NCBI GenBank assembly: GCA_963677895.2
Contig: CAXXGJ010000012.1
Location: forward strand, 67,443-131,442
Source of the DNA: Treponemataceae bacterium
Lineage (GTDB): Bacteria; Spirochaetota; Spirochaetia; Treponematales; Rectinemataceae
Direction of reading: 5' to 3'
DNA length: 64,000 bases
Part shown: positions 49,401 through 56,754 of the stretch, in pieces
How the letters are laid out: every line of letters begins with the position of its first letter
Position numbering within the stretch: the stretch's first letter is position 1
Made by a program: the position numbers and the translations under genes
Notes under the pieces: model-generated
Seen by the model: the letters and a program-made list of their open reading frames with translations, nothing else
Told to the model about the DNA's origin: nothing
Database searches by the model: none

Positions 49401-51223
49401 GCGGCGACCGAATTCTGGGAACCGAAAATCCCGCGGTGGCGCTAAATCTTGAGCCCGGCCAATACAATATCACCATAGATGTCGTGGATCGCTTTGGGGC
49501 GGCCGCTAGCGCCCAAGGTTCTTTCTTGGTGTATCGGCCGGCTTCCATCATCTCAGCAGCCGTCAACGGCGGGCAGCCTGTCTATCTGCTATCCGAACAG
49601 GGAAGTCCTCTTGCCGCGAAACTAAGCCTCGAGGGAGGCATCGCGCCAGCGGTTTCATGGACCTTGGCGCAGGGAGATCTCAGCAGAGGAAAAACAGGCA
49701 ACGAAGCGAGTTTCGGCTATGAAGACCTGCGGCAATTCTCTGAAGGCCAGGCTGTCGTCACCGCGATTGTTGCGGACAAAGGCCTGACGGATGAGGGTGC
49801 GGTGGAAGTCTATAGGAAAGATTTCCCCATCGAATTCGTCCTGAATGCCGCGGCCACTTTGATCAGCCCGATACAAGGTGACATGTTCAGGGTCGGCGAG
49901 CCTGTTCCGCTTATGGTGGGAGTGGCAGGCTTCAATCAGCCAAGCTTCTCCCTTACCTTTAATGGGCAATCGATCGAGACGAAGTGGACGAAAACGGAAG
50001 GGACTTCCACATACCAGGCCAGCATTCCCGCCGAAACCCTCGCTTCCGATGGAGTCTTTGAATTGGCCATCCAAGCCAGCGAAAACGGAATAACAAGCTC
50101 GATTGCCTATACGCTCAATGTATACAAGCCGAGGGTCGGCATCTTCGTCGACAGTCCGCCAGAAAAGGTGGATTTGACGGGGCAGCCGGGCACCGTGCGC
50201 GCGCTTGTCGCGGGGCTGCAGGGAGTGGATTCGATCCTCTGGCGCAGCGACCTTTCGGCCAATCCCATAGGCACTGGCGAGACTCTGGACCTTGCCGCCG
50301 CGGGGCTGAAGCCCGGCGATCGCTCTATCACGGTGGAAGCCCACGCAGGGAGCCAGACTTTATCGACGGCCACCTTCCTCCTCAAGGTGTATGGCGCCAT
50401 GGAGCTGCAAGTGCTTCCGGCCGAGACACCGCTCATCTTCCAGCGCGGGACGGCCATGACCATGGACGCGGCGGCCAAAGACAGGGACGGTTCGGCCTTG
50501 ACCGCCGATGCCATTACCTGGACCTCCCATATCGATGGATTGCTCGGCAAGGGAAATAGTTTGAATCTCGGTTCCTTGGCCAACCTCACCGGTGGCGACC
50601 ATATCATCACCATCGAGGCGACCGGCGTCAGCGGTACGAAAATAGCCGTCTTGAAGCAAATCCAGGTAAAAGTGCCGCAAGCGAAGGGCCTGGAAGGCTC
50701 GGGCGGTTCCGGCGACCAGGGTGGAGGAAGCGGAGAGGGCGGAGGATCGGGAAATCTCGACGATGGCGAGGAGATGCAAGGCGGACAGAGAAGAACGAAT
50801 GCCCCAACCTATGCCCAGCAAGCCTTAGGCGCCGCGATTGAGGTGACCATAGCGCTGCAACAATCCATACTGTCGTTTGACCAGGCGAATAGGATGGTTA
50901 CCGAAATGACGCAGAGGAATTCCGCCGTCTATGGAAACGGCGGCCCCTTCCCTCCGAAAATTACTTCTTCGTTGACCTTGCTGAGGGGGATGAGTTCAGC
51001 CCGCGATAGGTTGATTCGTTTAAGGGGCAGTGCGGATGGCGCGGCGAGGCAAGCCGTACAGGCCGAGCTTCGTAATGACCAAGCGGGAGCCAAGGCGGCG
51101 ATGGAGAGGGCGATAGCTATTGCCGATGAGGCAGAGAATACAGCTCTCATGCAGAATGGAGACTTTGCCATGCTAAAGGTTATCTATGACGAAGTCATGG
51201 CGGCGTTGGCGAATAATCCTTGA
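43487..51223 (+). CDS. Giant (~2578 aa) secreted protein with about 22 or more PKD/Ig-like domains, a Gly/Ser linker and a C-terminal helical domain
   Basis: SD GGAGGA before MNRALML; Sec signal ending VFG; recurring P.I.I..P...G...W.(I/V)DG...G.(H/Y).....D units of roughly 85-100 aa. Confidence 0.85.
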   Translation: MNRALMLVHPKFFRRFMLFTLVLFLGAVSPVFGQVKSARARVLEQPGDIMTTRKANFQPGDILSTSLISINIKNGDGEAFLLLKMKIQFGGDWRDEYVEASFVKKLATNESFTFTNKDLLNYLGNIRSNDFKYSETLISKTGISDVSQIANIGNIRIPEGTVSITLTVSEITLSDPNDINSSYTVKTPWITETDPNAKVEFNVVTIGNLEVVKLPTFDSLTLSFKVPEIPVYNDAKGTSTSSTKVKITGANGYSYTMGKDHLKSTAGSLSFKGYPGDLKADSGKVTYDLSGARFRAGETYSMDMSFIDWNGDTIISLTKSVTFPTPSLTQSATINKDDPFRPTFSWSFRTNDYSSWVKEYRVFVNDRYVGTTNDTSYTLTDPLTPSSTNSWYIMPYNKDGTAFFSSTSGILQTLTAKSHTELAVITSAPENRSVFFKGETYDFKGAATFYDGATEKTSTWKIGNDSKSGLEISYAPQTRYTNNSLSATLSVTDSLGLTKTSPALQLTVLDPAIAMPGVPAVTVDKGASMTFSLDGSKTRDLSTYEWFVGGSSAGTGTGPKSITFNEKGKYEVYVQGTTVADLKGDTKTLQSSKIIVTVAGTAPVVSISQPTSGSGLILGNTVRVKASIESENVLKSTAWTVSGPDASQTGATGAELAFKPLKVGEYTLTCVAADEFQKSGQAQIRILVSDPSITIAKPAQGDVYALTATLIPSISAPNASRIAWYIDDTEISGSSYALAKGGTGEFTLKATGFWRTVDIDGKDAEYSESVSTTFKVKDLTPPRVTISFPENAMVLKAGEIYRFYGTAESDSSIAGTWWDVDGTKLATEFYTIPANTTKKSMTITFSAKNDDGIVNAKSVTLRIVNPSVFLSAPSIVQYPVGGAIPISATAIDSTIFWLIDDVETSTWNKTFDQAGVHTVQAGWRVTAVDGSRSTKEYSGLSDKVSFTIYDTQIPVINSFSPASPTLKELLGTNITFSLSASSDNPLKATQWRITSGQGVVLEWSGASVFYSFGDPGQYAVLASASDTFGYSASAEWTVKIIKPSISVEFATSERTFGLNAVPTPSVTSQDIASYAFVLDGQTLPKDFNWSTVSVGVHQLKAIGYYSVSSLTGSQEIQSNPVTFEVVDTRPPTFTVEGLTDGDRIIAGQRYTFRIVSSQSPLFVEWLMNGSLVDNPDAATNPKVYSFTAAADSADLNLTARVRGSSKGVAAEKTVKVKVIAPSIRIVLPAAMSRNSLYPAQTALPLQAETSQVDRVAWTVDNQASTGQTVSLTPGNHTLAVKGFATGVRLSGGSYGEYEVTPREFPNGVTITVAEPLTLATLSATPASIYSGETVNVAVTTAGNGTLLDSFVFSVDGSVLAQGKTASISIPNLSVGTHKISAKVTDLFGTSSGKDVAVTVYQPLGLTITQPANGFRLAPDSNLFVAMTASGQYSKLFWTIDTAQVPNSGFTSGSLGKLKPGIHTIGVSATDSLNKVVSASVSVEVQSDFLLNILYPSGSLEAILGTTVACAAGIEKVAGADIPLADAAGYITWYVNGSPKEKGLSYSFVADALGNQVIQAKYEKGAMIRATAERTVIVRDIAEPAILKPANGASLVYALGDTIELQATGEPGASFVWSIDGAAVAYGSQGAFAPNGLTGQKQLSLTASAFGRTKEALATVNLAVDAPPILTLTAPPLLFTGQRLSWTASVFDVEDQESPAIDIYMDGVLQDSANPKMLTAEDVGQHVLSARSKDKQNLIATRQVSIKVEPGELPLEIQSPLPGKVYYSGFNIPLIASVDTGVAESAAQGTFTWTIQYLDDTTAQEGIASGQSTSIRPSSLGEVAVTLRYIDAAGRERGKKQISLRVDPEPLQLSIEWPHGAMVNAGTALKPKLIGLPAGADAGTAVWSLNGLPVSDINALVAPSVAGQYTLAAEYFANGSRDRAELLFSVNGAPIVRIETPASGQRFTFGSAIVLSAKIEDDQPFNGSITWKSGDRILGTENPAVALNLEPGQYNITIDVVDRFGAAASAQGSFLVYRPASIISAAVNGGQPVYLLSEQGSPLAAKLSLEGGIAPAVSWTLAQGDLSRGKTGNEASFGYEDLRQFSEGQAVVTAIVADKGLTDEGAVEVYRKDFPIEFVLNAAATLISPIQGDMFRVGEPVPLMVGVAGFNQPSFSLTFNGQSIETKWTKTEGTSTYQASIPAETLASDGVFELAIQASENGITSSIAYTLNVYKPRVGIFVDSPPEKVDLTGQPGTVRALVAGLQGVDSILWRSDLSANPIGTGETLDLAAAGLKPGDRSITVEAHAGSQTLSTATFLLKVYGAMELQVLPAETPLIFQRGTAMTMDAAAKDRDGSALTADAITWTSHIDGLLGKGNSLNLGSLANLTGGDHIITIEATGVSGTKIAVLKQIQVKVPQAKGLEGSGGSGDQGGGSGEGGGSGNLDDGEEMQGGQRRTNAPTYAQQALGAAIEVTIALQQSILSFDQANRMVTEMTQRNSAVYGNGGPFPPKITSSLTLLRGMSSARDRLIRLRGSADGAARQAVQAELRNDQAGAKAAMERAIAIADEAENTALMQNGDFAMLKVIYDEVMAALANNP

Positions 51224-51251
51224 AAGGCCGGAATCCGGAAAAGGGAAAACC

Positions 51252-53816
51252 ATGAAAAAGCTAACCTTGATTGCGCTCTTACTCTGCGTTTCGACCTTGG
51301 CGCTCTTCGGATATGATGTCACCATCCCGAACGAAGTCCCCTCGTACAAAGATCTGGTCGTCACGCTCAATGTGGAATCGGGACTTAAAATCGCCGAGGC
51401 GAGGTTCTACCTCCTTCCCGAACGCAGTGATGTACCACAGTACGCCAAATTCACCGAGAAGAATGGCAAATGGACAACGGTGATTCCCTTCGAATACCTG
51501 CACGGCGAAGAGCTCATCTACTACGTGCAAGTAAAAACGGCGGGAGGGGCGGTCAGCAGGTTTCCCGCCATGGGAACCCGAAAAGCCAGACTCGTGCCCG
51601 ATACGATTCCCCCAAAGTTTACGCTTAAATCCCCTGAAACAAAAACTCTTTTCAGGGGAAAGGAGCAGATGGTCGTCTTCCAGATCATCGAGGACAGCGA
51701 GATAAAGGCAAGTGAGGTTCGATACAAGGGTAAAGCTCTCGACAAGGTAATGGTATATCAGGACTATCTCACTTTCTTCATAACGCCGGTCAACGATAAG
51801 GCTACGGAGGCCTCGGTGGACCTCTCGGTCTCCGATATCTACGGCAATGCGGCCAAGGAGACGGTCACCTTCGCGCTCGAAAAGGGCGTCGAGCCCTTCT
51901 TCTCCGCCGAGGCGGACTATACCGCCAGCCTGGAGGCGGAATACAGTCTGACCATGGGCGAAACCGCCAACACGACGGATCTCGCCACGTTCTTCGGCGA
52001 TATGCAGCATGATGTCAATCTGACCTATGAAATTGGCGGCGGAACCAAACTCAGGGCCGGACCGCTAAAACTGGAATTGGCGGGGACGCTGGCCGATGAT
52101 ATTTCCATTTTCGACATCCCGACTGCTTATCCGAATGCGCTCATCGCCGATTACCAGAATATCATGAACCTCTGGAATCCTTGGGCTTTCGACAACGAGT
52201 TCGACTACGGCGGCGAAGTGGCAAGGAAGTTCTACAACGACAACAAGATGCTGGCGAGATTGTCGCTTTTCGATCCTTATCTCTCCTACGCGTTCGGCGA
52301 TCAGAAGCTGAGTTTCCAAAAGGAAACGATAAAAGATTTCGAGTTCCGCGGCTCATCGATCTCCCTCAACACACCTTTCCTGGACCTTACCGTCGCGAAA
52401 GGGCTATCCGATCTGGGACTTTACCAGACCGCCTGGCCGCAGAACTTTTTCGGATTGCAGGCTGGCATCAGCGTATTCGACTACTGGTGGCTGCAGACGA
52501 ACGTTTCCTTCATCAGCTCCCTGCAGGGACGCTACGACGACATAGCGGCATCCGGCGTCTCGCCGATCGGGATACTCTACGACCTGGCCGACGTGAAACC
52601 CGAGGAAAGTCTGGTATTCGGTCTGGATATGGGCACGAAGAACAAGCTCTTCAACCTCTCGGGAGGGCTCGGCCTCACGCTCTATACCGACGACGCTGGC
52701 AGTATCCTGGATAAGGATAAGCTTGCTTCGGACATCAACGACGGATTCGGCTTCGATATCAGCCCCTATTTGAGCTATGTCGACATGGTGACCAACATCT
52801 TCCCCGTTTTCGATTACTTCCCCCTCACCACAGGCCTCACCGCGGCGGCGGTGAACCGAAGCCTTTGGGGAATTACCTACGGCGGCGACCTCGAGATACC
52901 TGCGCTGGGATTGGAGGGCTGGTATCATAAAACGGACAGCTCGTACAAGAGCCTGGCCGCCGCCGTGGATACCGACGTGCTGGACTGGGGCGCCGCGTGG
53001 AAAAAGACGGTGTGGGACTACGATGTATTCCTGAGCTACGACTGGCAGCAGGACAATGTCCCCGATATTCTCTTCAACGATATATTGCCCCTCTTTGGCA
53101 TGGCCTCGACCGCGGCTCCTTCGGAATATGATATTTCGAATATAAGCAACACGGTCGATATCGCCATCGGCACGCCGGCCAAAGGCGCATTCGGGAGCCT
53201 CCTCTTTCTCTACACCTTCGAGTGGGTAGATACGAACGCAGCAAAACTCGCGGCCCTTATAACGGATGACGCGGCAGCGGCAGCCGCCATCGTCAATTCC
53301 AGCTATAACGACTCATCGCTGACGCACACGGGCGGCTTGAAATGGAAGAGCGGCAGGATCAAGTCCGGCAATTTCATATTTACGTTGGGCGCTTCCACCG
53401 AGGACTCCTACGTCACCTATCTTCGAGTGGACGGCGTGGAGGGCAACACGAGCATCTGGGAGCTGGATTTTGCGTTGGATGGCGGTTTCCAATATGATCG
53501 CTACAAACTTAATCTCGGCTTTGAGCATGGATGGAGCACCGAGGCTTCCTCCGAGAGCACCTACGGCTACGATGCCAAATTCACGCTTCTGAAGAGTTTC
53601 TTCGATACGCTGACCTTGGCCGGATCATTCGACCAGACATATCAGGACAGCCTCGCGCAGGATTACGTCATCGGGGGAATCTTCACGCTTGGCAAACGGT
53701 TCGGCGTGTTGAGCATGGGCGCATCGATCGAAGTGGATTACACCGATTCGCTTATAGACAATGCCGATGACGCGCTGACTGCCGCCTTAACGGTTACGGG
53801 AGGCATATCGCTCTAG
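51252..53816 (+). CDS. Secreted protein: two N-terminal Ig-like domains plus a long acidic region, probable beta-barrel
   Basis: Signal peptide MKKLTLIALLL; DTIPPKF.L.SP; many alternating-residue strands in the C-terminal part; ends LTVTGGISL. Confidence 0.65.
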   Translation: MKKLTLIALLLCVSTLALFGYDVTIPNEVPSYKDLVVTLNVESGLKIAEARFYLLPERSDVPQYAKFTEKNGKWTTVIPFEYLHGEELIYYVQVKTAGGAVSRFPAMGTRKARLVPDTIPPKFTLKSPETKTLFRGKEQMVVFQIIEDSEIKASEVRYKGKALDKVMVYQDYLTFFITPVNDKATEASVDLSVSDIYGNAAKETVTFALEKGVEPFFSAEADYTASLEAEYSLTMGETANTTDLATFFGDMQHDVNLTYEIGGGTKLRAGPLKLELAGTLADDISIFDIPTAYPNALIADYQNIMNLWNPWAFDNEFDYGGEVARKFYNDNKMLARLSLFDPYLSYAFGDQKLSFQKETIKDFEFRGSSISLNTPFLDLTVAKGLSDLGLYQTAWPQNFFGLQAGISVFDYWWLQTNVSFISSLQGRYDDIAASGVSPIGILYDLADVKPEESLVFGLDMGTKNKLFNLSGGLGLTLYTDDAGSILDKDKLASDINDGFGFDISPYLSYVDMVTNIFPVFDYFPLTTGLTAAAVNRSLWGITYGGDLEIPALGLEGWYHKTDSSYKSLAAAVDTDVLDWGAAWKKTVWDYDVFLSYDWQQDNVPDILFNDILPLFGMASTAAPSEYDISNISNTVDIAIGTPAKGAFGSLLFLYTFEWVDTNAAKLAALITDDAAAAAAIVNSSYNDSSLTHTGGLKWKSGRIKSGNFIFTLGASTEDSYVTYLRVDGVEGNTSIWELDFALDGGFQYDRYKLNLGFEHGWSTEASSESTYGYDAKFTLLKSFFDTLTLAGSFDQTYQDSLAQDYVIGGIFTLGKRFGVLSMGASIEVDYTDSLIDNADDALTAALTVTGGISL

Positions 53817-53819
53817 CGA

Positions 53820-54479
53820 TCATTCGCGGAAAAAGTCTTCCGCGAGCGTCTTCTCGATCAGGTTTTTCGCCCGTATGCTTTCAGGTACGGGCGCGGCCTG
53901 ACTGTTCACCGTAGCGAGAATGAGATCGAATTTCTTTTTCAGTAATTTCTTTTCCATCGCCCATACCTGGATCACTCGATAGAGCTCCTTGTCCGGCTTC
54001 GCGTCCGCTGTATAGGTCCGGACCTTCACCCACCAATCGGCCTTTTTCGTGAAATCCTCGTAGATTGCCTCTTCCACGCCGCTCAGGAAGCGCTCGCTAT
54101 AGGCGGAGAAACTCATAAAATCCTGGGCGGGGACTTTCGCGTTCTTGAGTGCTTTCCCAACCCGGACGGAAAGAAAGTAGCCCATTTCGGTCTGAGGGCG
54201 CACTTTTCCCGCAAGCTCTTTGGCGCGTTCCAGATTCTGCGCCTCGGACACCGTCGTCACGACTATCGTGCCGGCGAAGTCGGGCATCTTTTCCAGGCTT
54301 AATGTGTCGCCCAGCATCGCGGCTGGCACCCAGAGCGGCATAGTGTTTTTTTCCGCCATACCCTTATCTTCGATGATGACATCGCTCTTCTTTGGTACCG
54401 ACATGGTGGCGCAGGATGAGATCAGCGCGAACGCGCCTACGGATAGCGCAAAAATTGCCATGGCGATTTTTCTGTTCAT
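53820..54479 (-). CDS. Hypothetical lipoprotein
   Basis: SD GGAGG before MNRKIAM; lipobox LISSC; P.WV and DWWVK motifs. Confidence 0.75.
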   Translation of the reverse strand: MNRKIAMAIFALSVGAFALISSCATMSVPKKSDVIIEDKGMAEKNTMPLWVPAAMLGDTLSLEKMPDFAGTIVVTTVSEAQNLERAKELAGKVRPQTEMGYFLSVRVGKALKNAKVPAQDFMSFSAYSERFLSGVEEAIYEDFTKKADWWVKVRTYTADAKPDKELYRVIQVWAMEKKLLKKKFDLILATVNSQAAPVPESIRAKNLIEKTLAEDFFRE

Positions 54480-54654
54480 CCTGCCCTCCTGGATGGTTTG
54501 TCGGATCCGCTTTGAATTCAATAGTAATTCTCTGCGAGGTTTTATCGGCGCTGTCGCCGCGTGATTCATTGAAATCAAGTATAGTAGCATTATCGCGAAA
54601 TCAAAAGGGCATATTGGCGAATACTTCCACCGAACAGGCGCGGCTCAAGGATAG

Positions 54655-54688
54655 AAGCATGCAAGTTAATGACTTGCATGCTTTTTTT
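54655..54688. terminator. Hairpin/terminator just after the small barrel gene
   Basis: AAGCATGCAAGT-TAATG-ACTTGCATGCTT plus a T run (strongest on the + strand). Confidence 0.65.
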
Positions 54689-54692
54689 ACGC

Positions 54693-55217
54693 TCAGAGCT
54701 TCCACTTCACCCCGATCATGCCGGTATATCCAACGCCGAGCCCGATAAAGTACGGGACGCTGATGTCCGCCTGGATGGCGAGGTTGGGATTGATGAAGTA
54801 GGATGTGCCACTGGCCGCCATCGGCCCCGCGCCGAAATACGCTCCAGCGCAGGCTCCAAGGCCAAGACCCCAGTACCAGTCGAAATTGCGCAGGAAACGG
54901 GGAAGGGACGTGAAGGTGTTCAGGCCGAAGTGCATGGTCGCCATCACGCCGAGGTCGAGCATAAGTCCGGGGACGCCGAAGCTTGCCTTGGCCGCCGCGC
55001 CGAAGGTCAGGGGCACGGTCTTGGCGATATCCCACCTGGCGAAAATGTACTCGGCGCCGCCTCCAATTCCAAAACCGTAATAGCCAAAAAGCGCTCCCGC
55101 GTTGACCATGAGCTCCCCCTGATTCGCATGGGGAAGGGCTGTCGCTTCCGGGGCTTCGGCAAAGGCGAAGACGCACATGAGACAGAGAATTGCCGCGAAC
55201 GCCGCTAATTTCTTCAT
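54693..55217 (-). CDS. Small secreted protein, probable 8-stranded outer-membrane beta-barrel
   Basis: Signal peptide; Gly/aromatic strands (FDWYWGLGLG); C-terminal IGVKWKL. Confidence 0.7.
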   Translation of the reverse strand: MKKLAAFAAILCLMCVFAFAEAPEATALPHANQGELMVNAGALFGYYGFGIGGGAEYIFARWDIAKTVPLTFGAAAKASFGVPGLMLDLGVMATMHFGLNTFTSLPRFLRNFDWYWGLGLGACAGAYFGAGPMAASGTSYFINPNLAIQADISVPYFIGLGVGYTGMIGVKWKL

Positions 55218-55228
55218 GTCGCTCTCCT

Positions 55229-56584
55229 TTATCGCAGAGATGTCCCGTCATCAGTAAAGCCGTTGAAACGCCACGGCTCATCTCTTTTGGAATTAGCTCG
55301 TTCAGGATGCTTGGCAGCCTTGACCTTCATGAGGGCTTGGTCGGCAATTGCCAGGATGTCGTCAATGGTCGCCTCTGATTGAGGCTCTTTTGTCGCTATG
55401 CCATAGGAAATCCCCACGCCAAAGCGTTTCGGATTCGAACTGACCCATGCAACTACCGCGCTCTCAAGCCGCTCTTGCGCCTGCGCCGCCGCTTCGTCGT
55501 CGCCTTCAAGGACGATGACGAACTCATCGCCGCCGATGCGGACTATAATGTCATTTTCCCTGAAGGATCGTATAAGGATCTTCCCGAATTCAACGAGAGC
55601 CCTATCTCCTTCGGGGTGGCCGAACTTATCGTTTATCGTCTTGAAATTATCAAGGTCGATGACGAATAGGTGGAGACTGCCGCAATATAGTCTTGTCCTC
55701 TTAAAGGAGGCGCTCGCGATTTCATATAATCCATTCCGATTATACAGTCCGGTCAAGCTGTCGCGAATAGCCTGTCGGTGTACTTCATGGAACATGGCGG
55801 AATATGGCTTATCGAGCCCTTCCTTTATCACGAAAATCGAAAAGAACCCAATGGAGAGAAGGTAGAAGAGGTGTCCGACTCCATTTGACAGATCATCTAC
55901 CTCGATATAGAAGCTGAAGGCTGCTTCAGCCAATATTCCAAAGAGCAGGGCTAAGCTAAAAAACCTCAGGTAATCGGTTTCAAAATGATTATTGAGGTCT
56001 TTTAGCCTGAAAAAGGTGACGATGCTGATGAAAATTATCACAAATTCAGAAATTTTCTTAAAAGGCGTAAGACCCACTCCCTCGATGAAGCAAACCGGGA
56101 ATACTTTCGCGAATATTGACGCTACCAGGAGCGAAGTAACTACAAAGAAAACGAACATGAGTTTTGCATATGATAGCTTCTGTTTCTTGATGAAAGTCGT
56201 CGCGAGAATCCCCGTCGATTCCATTAATCGCTTGGCGATCCAAAATTGCGTAGCCATGCTTGTGTCTATACCGGGAATAAGGTTCATTCCTTTATAGGTC
56301 ACCACATGCAAAAATCCTAGGGTGGCGGAAAATAGGAATGATGTACTTAACACCAAGATGGCGGGGTTTTTTGAAAATTTATACGATCGATCGCCGATCA
56401 CAAAAAGTAATATGTTTAGTATTATGCAGATATTCTCAAGGAGCATGTGAAATACTAAATAGCCATTGAAATGCCATAATAAGGGCAGGACGAAGAAGGT
56501 TATCACCGCCAGTGAGATAGAGCCGAATAGTCTATTGTCTTGATCGATAGGATCAGTGATTCCGGTCATTCTAGGTTGTCTCAC
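55229..56584 (-). CDS. Diguanylate cyclase with a MASE3-like membrane sensor
   Basis: Y.VFH..LE, H..TYKGM, TQFWI..R..E, F...G.GLT.FK..SE; DSLTGLYNR, REND I-site, GGDEF; start uncertain; visibly AT-richer than flanks. Confidence 0.88.
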   Translation of the reverse strand: MRQPRMTGITDPIDQDNRLFGSISLAVITFFVLPLLWHFNGYLVFHMLLENICIILNILLFVIGDRSYKFSKNPAILVLSTSFLFSATLGFLHVVTYKGMNLIPGIDTSMATQFWIAKRLMESTGILATTFIKKQKLSYAKLMFVFFVVTSLLVASIFAKVFPVCFIEGVGLTPFKKISEFVIIFISIVTFFRLKDLNNHFETDYLRFFSLALLFGILAEAAFSFYIEVDDLSNGVGHLFYLLSIGFFSIFVIKEGLDKPYSAMFHEVHRQAIRDSLTGLYNRNGLYEIASASFKRTRLYCGSLHLFVIDLDNFKTINDKFGHPEGDRALVEFGKILIRSFRENDIIVRIGGDEFVIVLEGDDEAAAQAQERLESAVVAWVSSNPKRFGVGISYGIATKEPQSEATIDDILAIADQALMKVKAAKHPERANSKRDEPWRFNGFTDDGTSLR

Positions 56585-56754
56585 CTTGATATGTGACCAT
56601 GGAGATTTTAATCATGTCAATAGAACTGCGGCGAGGGTTCAAGAGAAGAAGTGCTAATCTGCCCCGCCTATCCTTCCCGAGACGCCCGAACAGCTCCGCC
56701 GCTACCAACAGGCGGGCATTCGCCGCGAAGCCCGTCTCTCACTCGCGCAGAGAC

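Noticed and set aside
43167..56600. tRNA-anchored integrative island carrying the giant protein
   Set aside because: No integrase or transposase, I found no duplicate of the tRNA 3' end, and envelope genes lie on both sides of the tRNA.
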